The position numbers and the translations under genes were made by a program. The notes under the pieces are model-generated. The model saw only the letters and a list, made by a program, of their open reading frames with translations, had not been told where the DNA came from and made no database searches. DNA of 63,573 nucleotides, counting the filler, from Folioceros fuciformis (taxonomy: Eukaryota): NCBI GenBank assembly GCA_049999805.1. It is 5 parts of 4 records of this genome, joined end to end, with 100 filler letters (N's around TTAATTAATTAA, not from the genome) between each part and the next. Parts side by side here need not be neighbours in the genome. Positions count along the whole stretch, not along the records: positions 1 to 28,438 come from JBNGIO010005602.1; 4 more parts are not named here. One strand, written 5' to 3'. Below, piece after piece: positions 12,645 through 25,300 of this stretch (positions within the stretch are counted from its first letter, which is position 1; every line of letters starts with the position of its first letter).

Positions 12645-13734
12645 TAGCTCCAGAATCCAGAAACCACATGTGTCTACCTGCCCTGGTCAGTGAGAGGAAG
12701 ACAGCTAAAATGGCTGGTGTTTTTGAATTGCTGTTATTTGGTCTAACAGCAACATTTGTTTCTGCTACAAGGAGTCTAGGTTCCCCTACAAGTTTCTTCC
12801 GGCACTCATGTTTAAAATGACCCAGAATACGACACCAGTTGCAAGGGCCCTTAATCCTACGTGGTGCAGTTGATGTACTGCCTAGTCCTGAATAAGGACG
12901 TTGTGGATTAGGATAAGGTTTGTATCCTCCACGGCCTCTGCCTCTACCTCGGGAGGTAAATAAGACATGTTGTGGGTGATGGGAGGGTCGTCCCAAACTC
13001 ACCGTGCTGGATTCTTCTTCAAGTAAAGCCCCAATAAGCTCGGATAAGGTATAGCTCGGTGTTTTTCTCATTAATGAAGCTTGTGTGCTTACAAAACTCC
13101 TTCTCATTAATNNNNNNNNNNTTCTCATTAATGAAGCTTGTGTGCTTACAAAACTCCTTCTCATTAATGAAGCTTGTGCGCTTACAAAACTCCAATAGCT
13201 GTTAGGTAGGGAAGTCAGCAAAATTGTTGCAGCTGCTGATTCTGTTATATCATGTCCCGCAGAGGATAACTTAGCTCGGAGGGTGCGAAACTTATTTACA
13301 TATTGTTCCACAGTATCTGACTCCTTCATATGGAGAGTATAAAAGAGACAGGTAGAATTAACCAGGGACATCGGGTCCTTGGCAGCAAACATATCATTGA
13401 ATACTTTCCAGATAGCAGCAGCAATCTGCTGGCCTTGAGTATGATGCATCATATTCCTATCAAGTGCTGATAGGAGGATACTGCGAGCTCGTTTATCCTT
13501 TTTGTGCCATGCGGTAATAGCAAGGGATGCTGGAGATCCTGCTATAGGTGGTGGAATAGGATTTTTAGGTTGAGCAAGAGGCCCAGTTACAATATCAATC
13601 AGGTCATGTTCTTCAAATATGGCTTCCATTCGCATTCGCCATATCGCAAAATTTGTACAGTTAAACATATCCCTATCCTTGATTTCAACTTTAGTTGTAT
13701 GTATTTGTGTTATTGTGGGTTGATTGGAGCCCAT
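12645..13734 (-). pseudogene. gag: Copia B gag and start of protease
   Basis: DMFNCTNFAIWRMRMEAIF, zinc knuckle CNWCRILGHFKHEC, WFLDSGATN. Confidence 0.93.
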
Positions 13735-13959
13735 TTTGTGTTGCTTTAAAATTCTAACCCTACCTTGGAGCAGGTTCTAAGCTTAGTTAGTTTTTTTTTT
13801 TTTTTTTGTAGGTGTACTACAAGAGTGTTCAGTCTGACTTCAAAAGGTCAATGATGCTGCTAAGTACCTTTTCAGTTGGCTCTAGAAGTTGTAACATTTT
13901 TCTAGAGGTTAAGGCTGCTGGTTCAAGATTAGGTTGATATGGGCTGCTACAAGGTATGT

Positions 13960-14492
13960 AAGAGACTACAGGATCACAACTAGAGTAAACTGGTTTTGAT
14001 GTGGGTTCCAAAAGATATGTTTGGTTTCTAGCCAGTTTAATTTAGATACTAGTTGACCTAGTTCCTTACGTAGCAGAATATTATCAACTTTTGCTTTGCT
14101 CTTCAATTTGGAAAATTTCTCTTCTAACACCTGGATTTTATATGGTAAAGGTGTGAGGAGATTCTAGACAAATTTACTATATTTTATAGTGCCTTGCTTA
14201 CCTCTATTGCTATTATCCTGATTTAATATGAATTGGGGAAAATGACAAGGTGTGTTGTGACAATGACTGTTACAACATCTGGTAACACAAGTAGATGTTT
14301 GAGGTACGCTGCATCTACAGGGTTATAATTTGTGATTCCTTGTCATTTCCACTGCCAGGTTAGGTAATTAGCATAGATGTTGAGTAATGTTTGAAGAAAA
14401 AAGTGCTAATTTCAAGCAACATTACTGAATTCTGCCTGATTTCCTTGTATGTAGTCACTGGAAAGATCTCAAGTGACAAGAGAGGGAGCGCC
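13960..14492 (-). pseudogene. Degenerate ORF0 homolog in the copia B leader
   Basis: Frameshifted fragments FSPIHIKS and KIQVLEEKFSKL match FSPIHVKA and TIQHLEFKRKL of C ORF0. Confidence 0.55.
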
Positions 14493-14573
14493 TCAACTTC
14501 ACCTCTAAATCTATTTATAATTATGAAGTTAGGGCTGGACTTATAAATAACAAACCTATTATTTAATAAATGG

Positions 14574-17500
14574 GATGAGGCAGACCAACTGGCGAGGATC
14601 ATGCTGCATTTTAGTGCGCGGAGCAGTCACACCGGTGTTTTCCAAGGAGCTGAGGAGAACGCCGCAGCCTGGTGGAGACAAGTCAATATGTTGTACGACT
14701 CTAGAGATCTCATGTTGCAAACTTTTGTTCTTAAACAATTTATGAGCCTAAAAATGAAGGAATCCGACCTAGTGGACAAACATGTCCTCGACTTTTGTAA
14801 TGTGAGAGCAAAGATGGTGTCGGCAGGATTTAACCTTGAGGAGGAGCTGCTTGCTTGTGTTCTCCTAAACACACTGCCAGAAACATGGACAAGTGTTGTC
14901 CAAGGTTTACAAGATGTAAGACCCATCTCAGTAAATCGGGTCATAGCTGCAATGCTCACAGAGGAGTCGAGGAGAAAGATTGCACATACCACTTTGTCTG
15001 CTGGAGGAGACAGAGCTCTTTGGACTGGCAGGCTTGGTAGAGGCCGGGGACATGGGCGTCCCTTCATAAGAGGCAGGGGTAGAGGCAGAGGCATGCCCCC
15101 TAGGCCTCAAGGATTTAGCACACGCAAATCCAAACCCCCATGTGGGTTTTGTGGCATGACTAACCATACTTGGGAAGTATGCCGTAAATGTCTTGGACAA
15201 GAAGGCGGTCAGTCAGGGCACTTGGCAATGACTATGCAGAAGTACACACGAGCATTCTGTACCACTGTGGCCCCAGCAGCGAATGTGGCTCTCGGAGATG
15301 ATCATAGCTTCCCTTTGAGTAACGTCGCCACATGCTTTGCTAGCCATTCGGAGCACACTTGGTGCATTGACAGTGGGGCTTCGCAGCATATGACCCCTCA
15401 CGCTGCCTACTTTACTGACATCCAGGAGAGTAGCCCTGCAAAATATGTTTGTTTAGGAGACAATTCTCAGCATCCTATTCAAGGACAAGGCACAATTCAG
15501 CTTGACTTGAGACTAGAGCAGCACCTGGAAATTCCAAACGTCCTTTATGTGCCTGGCCTTGCTAAGAACCTTGTTTCTATCAGAAAGATAGATCAGTCAG
15601 GATGCTATGTCTGTTTTGGTGAGGGGAGATGCGTTGTTGAGACCAAAGAGGGTACACTCTTAGCAACTGGCCACCTGAAGGAGGATGACTTGTATCATCT
15701 TGATATGAAGGCTGAGCAAGCATATGCTGCTTCCCTAGTGCAGATTTTTCACATCCCTCATTGACGTACCTGTGGCATCTCCGCTTGGGACACGTCAACT
15801 TCAACAAGCTCATCAATATGTACAAGGATCAGCTCATTGACGGCATTCAGCTTGACATCCTCCAAGATTTCGGGGTCTACGAAGCATGTGTCCTAGGCAA
15901 ACACAAGCGGGCGTCGTTCCCTGTAGGGCAAGCAACCAGAGCCACAGCAACATTAGAGCTCGTACATACAGATGTGTGTGGCAAACTGCCAACTTCATGA
16001 GGAGGGAAGGAGTACTTTACCACCTTCATAGATGATTACACTCGATTTTGTGTAGTATACTTCTTGAAGCATAAGTCGGAGACTTTTGCTTGCTTTGTGG
16101 AGTACAAAGCCTGGGCTGAAACCCAAACTGGCCACCGTCTGAAAGCTTTAAGATCTGACAATGGAGGTGAATACCTATTTGGTGATTTTGTTTCCTTCTG
16201 CAAGACCCACGGCATTAGCAGGCAGCTGACAAATGCACACACACCCCAACAGAATGGGGTTTTGGAAAACAAAAATCACTCACTGGAGACCTCTGCATCC
16301 AGTATGCTACACTATGCAAACTTGCCCAAGTGCTGTTGGGCCGAAGCAGTGGCCTATACAGCATATATCCAGAACCGCATTGCCCACAAATCGGTGAAGG
16401 GCAAGACACCTTACGAGCTGTGGACAGGACGTAAGCCGAACCTCTCGCATCTTCGGGTGTTTGGGTCCACAGTCTACGCTCAGGTGCATAAGGATCTGCG
16501 GAAGAAATTTGAGCCTAAGTCAGCTTCATTTATTTTTGTTGGCTTCACCGAGGGCATCAAAGGTTATAAAATCTTGGACAAGCGGACACGAAGAATTACC
16601 CATACTCGGGACGTTGTGTTCGTGGAAGGAGTGGAGTCCCAGCAGCCAATGGGAGCTCCCCCTGAATTGTCAGATTCCGATGCTGACTCCGCAGGAGAGG
16701 CGGAGGAGATCATGGTGGGACAACTCCCAGTGCCTCTACCTGTTGCGCCAGCTGCACATCTGCAGCAACCTACACATTAGCAGCATACAGTACCTCAGCA
16801 TCAAACAGTCCAAGGGGCAGCTCCCAGACCACCTGTAGCTGCACACTCACCTCATGTCCAAATGCCCCTGAGGACTCCCGGCAGGCCTGTGAGCAATAGG
16901 AGTCTGTTTGACTCACCATTTGCTAGGTCCCTTAACTTTGAGGGGCCTGAGATTGTCATTCCCTCGGCTCCACCTGAAGGTCAGCACAGGAGGCATGCAA
17001 AACACGCTCATCTCGAGCCTCGGCATTCCTCCATACATCACAAGCCTCCGGATATCTATGTCTTTGAAGATTTTCGGCATCCAAAATCTCATTTGACATA
17101 TTGTCTAGCAGCCAACACTGTATTGTATGAGCCACCCACATACGAGGATGCACTGAGCTACCTAGATGCGGAGCATTGGCATGCAGCCATACAATCAGAG
17201 CTGGCTTCTTTGTATGAAAATAATACATGGACGATTAACAGTCTGCTTGTGGACAGGAAGCAAGTGGGTGTTCAAAATAAAACTCAAGGCTGATGGGAGC
17301 ATAGCAAGGTACAAAGCCAGAGTTGTAGCCAAGGGGTATTCTCAAATACCTGGTGTCGATTACGACGACACATTCAGTCCGGTGGTGAAGCTGACCACCC
17401 TACGCATGTTCGTAGCCCTGGCTGCAGTCAACAATCTTGAGTTGGAGCAGTTAGACGTGGGCCACAGCCTTTCTGTACGAGAACCTACAGGAGGAGATTT

Positions 17501-18744
17501 TTATGCAGGTTCCCTTGGGAGTGCCAGTACCTACAGGCACCCCTCGTCCAGTCTGTTGGCTTCAGAAAACATTATATGGTTTAAAACAAAGTCCCCGAGC
17601 TTGGTTTGAGAGAATAAACACTTACCTGTAGGAGCTCGGGTATGCAAGCCTGCACGCTTACAGCAATGCATATGTAAAACAGGAAGACACTGACTTTCTA
17701 GCCCTAGCGATTTACGTGGATGATATAATCTTGCTAAGCAGCTCTATGCGCATGATCTATGAATTGAAGGAGCAGTTAAGAAGAACTTTCAAAATCACAG
17801 AAGCAGGGGCACTTGCCTACTGCTTAGGTATGCAGCTTCAGCGAAATAGAACTGCAGGGACGATCTTCTTACACCAGCATACATATGCCCTTCAAATCCT
17901 AGCAAGGTACGGGATGTCAGAATGCAGACCTATTGCTACGCCAGTGGAGCAGAATGTGAAATATTCACAGCAAATTGGAGACATACCTGAAGAAGACCTG
18001 CAATGCGTTGAACTGTATCCATCAATGAATGGGAGCATGATGCACCTGATGATTGGAAGCAGGCCTGACCTAGCTTTCTGTTTGGGCCTGACATCTCGCT
18101 TTGTTTCAAATCCAAACAAGCAGCATGGAGAACTAATGACCAGGGTATATCGCTATATCTCTGCAACAGCTGATTGGGGCATCTTGTACAGCTCCAGGGA
18201 GAAGGATGCACTACAATTGGCGGTGTACAGTGACGCTGACTGGGGCGGGGACCCCGATAGTCGGAGAAGTATCTCCAATTATGTAACTATCCTGGCAGGA
18301 GGAGCCATCTCCTGGAGCAGCTGAAAACAGCCCTCGATCGCTCTGTCATCAACTAAGGCATAGTATAAAAGCTTAACAGAGGCATGTAAGGAGGTTACCT
18401 GGTCAGTGGGAGCTTTGACGGAGCTCGGCATCAATCAGTAGCTTCCAATCAATCTTCTTTGTGACAATCAGAGCGCAATAGCACTGACTATGAACCCTCG
18501 CTTTCATGCGAGAACAAGGCATATCAAAATTGAGCATCACTATATCCGGCAAACAGTAGCTCAAGGTTTGGTGAGAATTTCATATTGCCCCACTGTTGAA
18601 ATGACTGCAGACATATTGACCAAAGCTCTCGGGCGCATCAAGCATTACGAGCACTCGAGCAACATGGGGCTACGATCTGCAGGCAAGCCATTGAGCTGGA
18701 GCAAGGTGGCAGATCGGCGGATCAGCTGGAGGAACGAAGACTGA
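14574..18744 (+). pseudogene. pol: Copia A gag-pol remainder, disrupted
   Basis: [76 protein letters not shown]. Confidence 0.95.
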
Positions 18745-18886
18745 AGACCTTTCAAGCTAGTTTTAGGGCTCACGAGTTTCTTTGCTAGTGTAGAAGTTTC
18801 TTTAGTTTAGATAAGCGTTTCTTTAGCTATTAGACCTATAAAAAACTATAAACTAACCATCGCTAACACTAAGACCTGAGTGGGAG

Positions 18887-19061
18887 TGATAGTAAGTATA
18901 TATCTAACTTACTATAGGTTAGAGTACAGGTCCTAGGTTAGGTTTAGCTGACGGTTAATAACCGTTTGTCGCATGCATGTGACAACGACCGTGTAAGACA
19001 TTCATGACAATGCTATCAGCTTCCGACTACTCGTGCCCCTCGCGTGATCTTAGACTTGTCA
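18887..19061 (+). repeat. 3' LTR of copia A
   Basis: Direct repeat of 6209-6383. Confidence 0.95.
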
Positions 19062-19066
19062 GGGCA

Positions 19067-19252
19067 TTTGTTGTCGAGTAGTGTACGACCTCTTGGCTCT
19101 CTGCACTATAGTCGGGCATCTGTTGTCGAGTAGTGTACGACCTCTTGGCTCTCTGCACTATGGTCGGGCATCTATTGTCGAGTAGTGTATGACCTCTTGG
19201 CTCTCTACACTATGGTCGGGCATCTATTGTCGAGTAGTGTACGACCTCTTGG
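19067..19252 (+). repeat. 52-bp tandem array (~3.6 copies), target of element A
   Basis: Units start at 19067, 19119, 19171 and 19223; the unit end ctctacactatggtcgggca also precedes A at 6189-6208. Confidence 0.95.
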
Positions 19253-21416
19253 CGACCCCCTACATAGATCTGTAGAAGATAGCATGGACACAATCCATCA
19301 ATAGAAATCAAATCCAAATTGATGGATGGACAAAAAAAAAAAAAAAGACAAATACATCCTAGAATGGCCAGGATGGGCTTGCCCCCCCCTGGGCCATATC
19401 AAAAGGAAAAGAAACATTGCATAAATTCTAGTTGAGGATCCCCCATCCAGGCCCTGATCGAGCTCAAGGGCGCTCAACCGCGGAGTTCGAATGTGACTTA
19501 TGACACCAATCCCCGCTATCCTTTGGGTTTGTGTTTTGAGGTTCTTAGATTCAATATATCAAGGGTCAGACCTATATATGGATTTAAAAGGGAAGACGGG
19601 GGACAAGCAGGGCATCCCTCCCCCGTCCCCCTCCAATTCCTGCACCTCAGCCCGCCATCGCGATGGATCGGCGCCGCGACCTCACCCTCCGACAATCCTC
19701 CTACACTAAAATTCGCAAGTATCTCAGGCACCTCAAATTGCTCAGGCGCCGACGGGCAGGGGCCAATGTGCAAATTCCCAGATAGGACGACGTTGATGAC
19801 ATTGCACTTGCTATTTATCCTCTAGCCCCCGTGTGGATTGTCTCCTTCACGGGTTCACGGAGGATGGCCCAGGAATTGCAGGAGGCTACCTGGCCCCCTG
19901 CAATTTGCAGCCCAAGACCTGGGAGAGGAGTTCCTGCATTTGCCCCTCATAGGGAGGGCTGGACAACTGCCTCCCCATGTTTCCTGTGCCTGCACTTGTC
20001 CATCTCCGCAGATTTCTCGAGGAGNNNNNNNNNNATTGCTTTCAGCACGGATTCTCTGAGGACGACATGTCCCTGGGAGCTTCACGAAGCCCTCTGCCTC
20101 TTTCGATCGATGGAACGCCTTAGGATCATCACAATCGCTGGAGAATTGGCCAAGGATTTGGGCCCAATCTTGAGCACCTTGCTTCCTGCAATCCGGTAGA
20201 TCTAGCCCCAAATTCCGTGATTTTAGGCTCCAATTCTGAGCACAAAAGCGCCCCAAGGCATCCAACCCTCAGGGCACCAGCATCTGGAGGCATCAAGGAG
20301 GACAAGCTCCTCCGGGCGCTCCAATCGGCTTCCTTTTTGCGCTCAAATTACTGATCCCTTCCCTGCTTGTGATTTAGCTCGAGCCACAGGGTGGGCACAT
20401 CTTCCGAGCACCTTAGATCATCATGAGGATCATAATCCATCTCTAAAGATCGAGCCTCCTTCACCTGTTGCTGAGCATTCCCAAGGACCCCTTTTCGACC
20501 TGGCAGAGGAGCTAACAGAAGCAAACACCTCGGTCAACACGTCGACTCTCTGGGATCAACTCGCTTTCAATTAACGCTCCGGCTGCCATGGCTAGTACTT
20601 TCTCCACCAGCTCGATTCCCGTCTTTACTGACCACATCAGAGAGAAAGATCGATTCAACGGTAGCTATGTGGTGCGTTCGGATGAAGTCGATCCTTATTG
20701 GCCGAGGTGTTTGGAAGATCGTCGACGACACCCTTCCAAAGCTCAACCCTTCTACCACTCCACCCCCGCCAGTCGTCGTCGTTGAGAGATGGGACTATTT
20801 GAATGGGATAGTTGTGGCACTCCTGATCAGCGGCCTGGATTCAAGTCTTGTGCCTAGTGTTGAATTTCTCTCAGATGCATCTGCCATTTGGGACCAGTTG
20901 TCTAACACCTACAATGTTAACAATGTTCTAACCTTGTATAGTGTAAGGTAGGAATTCAACTCCTTAAGGATGAAGGAGACAGATACAATCTCTGCTCACA
21001 CCTTGAAGTTCCGACCACTGCGAGGGCAGCTCGCCTCCCTTGGCTCAACCATGTCGGAGACCAATGCCGCTACACAGCTGCTTATGAGCTTACCATCGTC
21101 TTACTAGAATTTTGTTACCAGCTTGATGTTGGTATCAACTTAGGGTAAGATAGGTACCGCCCTAATAAAAATATACCTTTAGTTAGGTATGTAACCTAGA
21201 CATATGACGAAAGTTATTTAGGATTATTAAACAAATACTTTATATATGACTCTTTTGTTTCTTTTTTCTTGCTGAACGTTACTATTCAAGTCTTCTTGTT
21301 TTTAGCTCTCGCGCTCTATGTTTCATGATGTCAAGCTGCCTTGACTACAAACCCGCGTTTCCTATTCTTGTTATGGTATTAGAGCCTGGCTCACTGGTAA
21401 TTATGTTCTAGATGCG

Positions 21417-21929
21417 ATGCCGAGGAATAGGTCCACCAACGGATCTGGAGGTAGAGGAGGTTTTTTGAAATCCTTCTCTAGGCTTGCCCACAAATCGCCT
21501 GTTTGCTCGTGTACCCCTTGGCCTGGTGCTGATTTTCAACCTGAACGAGACCACTCTCATTCAGAAAGATGCTTTTCTTATGGATGTCACAACAAATTCT
21601 CTACGGCATCCCATACAACTGTTGTAATACCTTGTGACACTTGCGGGCGCCTATACAGACCTAGTCAATCTTCTTTGAGGCGATCCCCTTGAGCACCTCA
21701 TCCCTGCACAAGGAGCACTGTTTCCCCATCGACCTCAATTGGAATGTTGGAAGGATTATTAAATGCAGTAGTTCAGCGACAGGAATCTTTCGGAAAGCGG
21801 CTAGACTCAATAGATCTCAAGATTCACAGATTTGCTGTCAGATTTTCATCTGAAATCATGAAATTGACTCAGCAACTTCATATCTTTAATGACATTTTGC
21901 GTTCCTCTACTGAGGAGTGCCTCGATTAA
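21417..21929 (+). pseudogene. Accessory ORF0 of E, one premature TGA at 21690
   Basis: ORFs 21417 and 21744 share a frame; MPRNRS...PHPCTRST...LEGLLNAVVQRQESFGKRLDSID...SSEI aligns to F ORF0. Confidence 0.65.
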
Positions 21930-22387
21930 TTTCCTGTTTTTCCAGTTGCTCTAGGGATGGTGAATGATCATGGTGACTTCTCCAGGTGTTGGAATCTTTG
22001 TGTCTCCCCCACATCTCTTGCTTCTGTTGGCCTAGCACTAACTGTTAATAACCGTTTCCATTGAACTCGCCAGTGCCCTAGAAAAGATGTTAGTATGTTA
22101 GTTTTCTTTTTTCCAAACAACCTGCTGACAAGTCACAAAACCCTAACTGCTTACATGTCAGATGGTCGAGGACACCCCAGATGTCGACAAGGGACTATTT
22201 CTTTAACTTCCCTGCGACTCCTCATCTACGTCATAGATTAGACACTGAATATGATGATCTAGGTACCCCTGCAGCTAGTACCATCAATCCTACTCGTGCT
22301 CCTTCACCAATTCCACCTATTCTTCCTCCTGTGCCACCTCCTCTGAACCCACCTTTGTCACCAATACCACCCGTTTCACCTACCAAC

Positions 22388-25300
22388 ATGGCTGCTGCTT
22401 CAACACCAACCTTCACAGCAGAGCTAAAAGAAAAAGACAGGTTTAACGGGAACCAGTATGAAGTATGGCGTGTTCCGATGAGGTCCAATCTTCGTGCAAG
22501 AGGAGTATGGGTAGTAGTAGATGGCTCATCCCCACAACCTATACTACCTATTGCTGGAGTTGCTGCTCCAACTGGAGGAAATCCAGTGACACAAGACAAT
22601 GTGGACAAGTGGAACAATCTTAATAGCGTTGCTGTTGCTATTTTAATCTCTGGACTTGATGAAGTCCTAATCCCTGACGTAGAGTACCTAACCAAGGCCC
22701 ATGAAATATGGAGTTAGCTTGAGAACACATATGCCGTCAAAACTATGTTGACCTTATGCGCTGCAAAGCAAGAATTCTATGCTCTAAGGATGCGAGAAGG
22801 AGAAAGTGTGGCTGCCTACACAAGCAAATTTTGTCACCTTCGCTCGCGCCTTATCCAGCTGAACTCCACTATGACTAAAGAGGATGCAGTTGCCCAACTA
22901 TTGCTCAGCTTGCCTGCCTCGTATCACACGTTTGTATCACTCCAGAATGGACCCCTTGCTACAGTAGGTCAGAGTAGATAAGTAGGAAATCAAGTTAATC
23001 TAACTCTGGAGAGCATTATAGCTGCACTTTACCAGGAGGAGCATAGCCGACTTCGATTTCATTCCAATGGCTCTGGAAAGACCCGAGCAAATCGAGTTAT
23101 GTACACCTCACGTCAGCGTGGAGGTTTCGGGAGAGGACGTGGCAGAGGAGAAAAGTTCTCATCTTCTGGACAACAACAACAACAAACCTCCATTGCTAGT
23201 CCTTCTTCTTCTACTAAGAAACCCGGCAATTGCAACTGGTGTAACACCCCTGGGCATTGGGAGCGGGACTGCCGCAAAAGAAGGCTAGAGAGCCTCGTCG
23301 ACCCAAGCTAGAGGTTAACTCTGTGACCAAAGAGAAATCCCCAATCGAAGGAGGCAAAGCACTTATCAAGATTTTCACTATCTGCCTATCCTCATCTTCA
23401 AGTGATCCTAGAAGCTCGTATCTTGACTCTTGCGCTACTGCGCATATCTACAAAGATAAACGCCTGCTCAGCAACTACAAGGAGATCTACAACTCTAATC
23501 AGACTGTTCTACTCGAGGATGAACAGAAATCGACAAGTTTGGCGATCAAAGGTCATGGTACATGCCGTTTTTTAATGACAGACAATTCAGTTCTGCATGT
23601 TCCAGGGATTCTTTATGTACCTGGTATGGCGAAGAATCTCCTCTCTGTTAGGTTGCTCGCCATTCACCACAACTTGAAGTTTCATTTCTTTGGCACCACT
23701 TGCGAAGTATTCAGATGAGGTTCAAGTCCATGCATCGGCAAAGGAATTCCTGACGCAGAATTATATTGCCTGGATGCTATATGTCAAGTCCCCTCTGCAG
23801 CTCCGGTTGGTTCAGCAACCTCTCCAGCTTACCTACCAACAACAGAACAAGCCAAGTTATGGCATGCTCGCCTTGGACATGTGAACAAGAATTCACTAAT
23901 TAAAATGTCGACTGGAGACTACTATGCTAAGCCCTTGCCATCTTGCTTCAAGGACTTACCTTTATGCAAAGCCTATTTAATTTCTAAACAACGAGAGAAG
24001 GCCTTTACACATTTTGGTTTTTGCACTTCTGCCATTCTGGATTTGATACATACTGGATTTGCATCTCTGGCAAGTTGCAGACCAAGTCCATTGGTGGTTC
24101 TTCATACTATTTGACAATCACAGATGACTTTAGTCGCTACACCTGGACTTACCCAATGGCTAAAAAGAATGATACATTCACCTGTTTTCAAGAGTGGCTT
24201 CCTATGGCGCAACAACAATCTAGACGTTCTCTCAAGTGCAGACAATGGGACAGAGTTCTGCGACAACTCTTTTGACCAGTACCTCCAGGAGCGTGGCATC
24301 ATCCATCAGCTCACAGTTCCTTACACCCCACAACAAAACGGGGTTGCGGAGCGTAAGAACCAAACTCTGATGGGTATGACGAGAAGTATGCTTAACTGGG
24401 CAAATTTACCTGCTCCGTATTGGGCCGAAGCAATTGTAACAGTGACCTACATTTTGAATCGACTGCACACGACATCCCTCATAGGCAAGACTCCTTTCGA
24501 AATGTTTTGGGGTCGTAAACCTAGCATTCTTCATCTTAGGGTTTTTGGATCCACTGCTTTTGCCTACATACCACAAGCAAAACATCAGAAGCTAGATGAC
24601 AGGTCTAGATCCTTGCTATTTGTAGGCTACAGTGAAGAAGCCAAGGCTTACAAACTCATAGATCCACTTACCCTTATCCCTACTCTCGCTCGTAGTGTGG
24701 TTTTTAAGGAACTTTTAGAGCCTGGCTTCCCCACGCGACCTGGTGTCAATGTTGATTCCGATTTCTCTGACAATGATGATGTCCCTCCTGATACCTCTGA
24801 CTTTGATCCTAATCCTGCTCAGTTTCCACAAGGGGATCCCATTGGTGCTCCACTCGTCCCAGCTCCTGCACAGCCTATTGGTCATGACCCTGACTTGGAC
24901 CCCAATTTTGTCACGGTTCTTGACCCTGTCCATCCTGATCTCGACCAACCTCTTGATGCACCCCTCCAGCCTCTTGAGCCTCCCCTTGACTTACCAGCTC
25001 AAGAGGAGGTCCCTGCTGCTCCGCCTGTTGTAGTTGATCCTCCCGTAGCTCCCCCTAGACGCTATCCCCTCCAAACTAGGCTTCCTTCTTCTCAATGGGC
25101 TAAACCTCCTTACTCCTCCATTGATTTTCGCCCCTCCGCCAGTGCTGCAACTCCAGCTCGGAGTTCTCCCCTTTTACTTGACCCTGCTGCTATGGATGAA
25201 GCCTATTTTGGCCCAGATGCTCACCATTGGCAAGTTGCAGTAGAGGAGGAATACCAGTCTATCCTTAAAAATAAGACTTGGATACTTACAGACTTGCCAC

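Larger units (their letters stand above)
6967..14568 (-). mobile_element. Ty1/copia element B inserted in A gag; 5' LTR and PBS partly deleted
   Basis: TSD AATGG at 6962-6966 and 14569-14573; 3' LTR 6967-7207; PPT 7208-7216; only 76 bp of the 5' LTR remain (14493-14568 matches 7132-7207 with 1 mismatch). Confidence 0.92.
6209..19061 (+). mobile_element. Ty1/copia element A, full length, containing nested B and C
   Basis: 175-bp LTRs 6209-6383 and 18887-19061 (TG..CA, 5 differences); TSD GGGCA at 6204-6208 and 19062-19066; PBS at 6384; PPT gagtgggag at 18878. Confidence 0.95.
5340..19264 (+). mobile_element. Putative long LTR, split by copia A (6209-19061); 5' boundary unresolved
   Basis: TATAAGA at 5402 in a context resembling LTR family N (TATAAGA..gcct..ggggg..gtagtc); the 52-bp array continues across element A; ends CCCCCTACA at 19264. 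Confidence 0.45.

Noticed and set aside
19067-19252. 52-bp array (and the 41-bp arrays) as CRISPR-like
   Set aside because: Head-to-tail units with no unique spacers, no cas genes, and a eukaryotic retroelement context.
19800-20580. ORF0 homolog in the G leader (NPQGTSIWRHQ versus CLQGQNIETHQ in C)
   Set aside because: Similarity too weak to assert by eye; no PBS or LTR was found for G and the region contains a gap.
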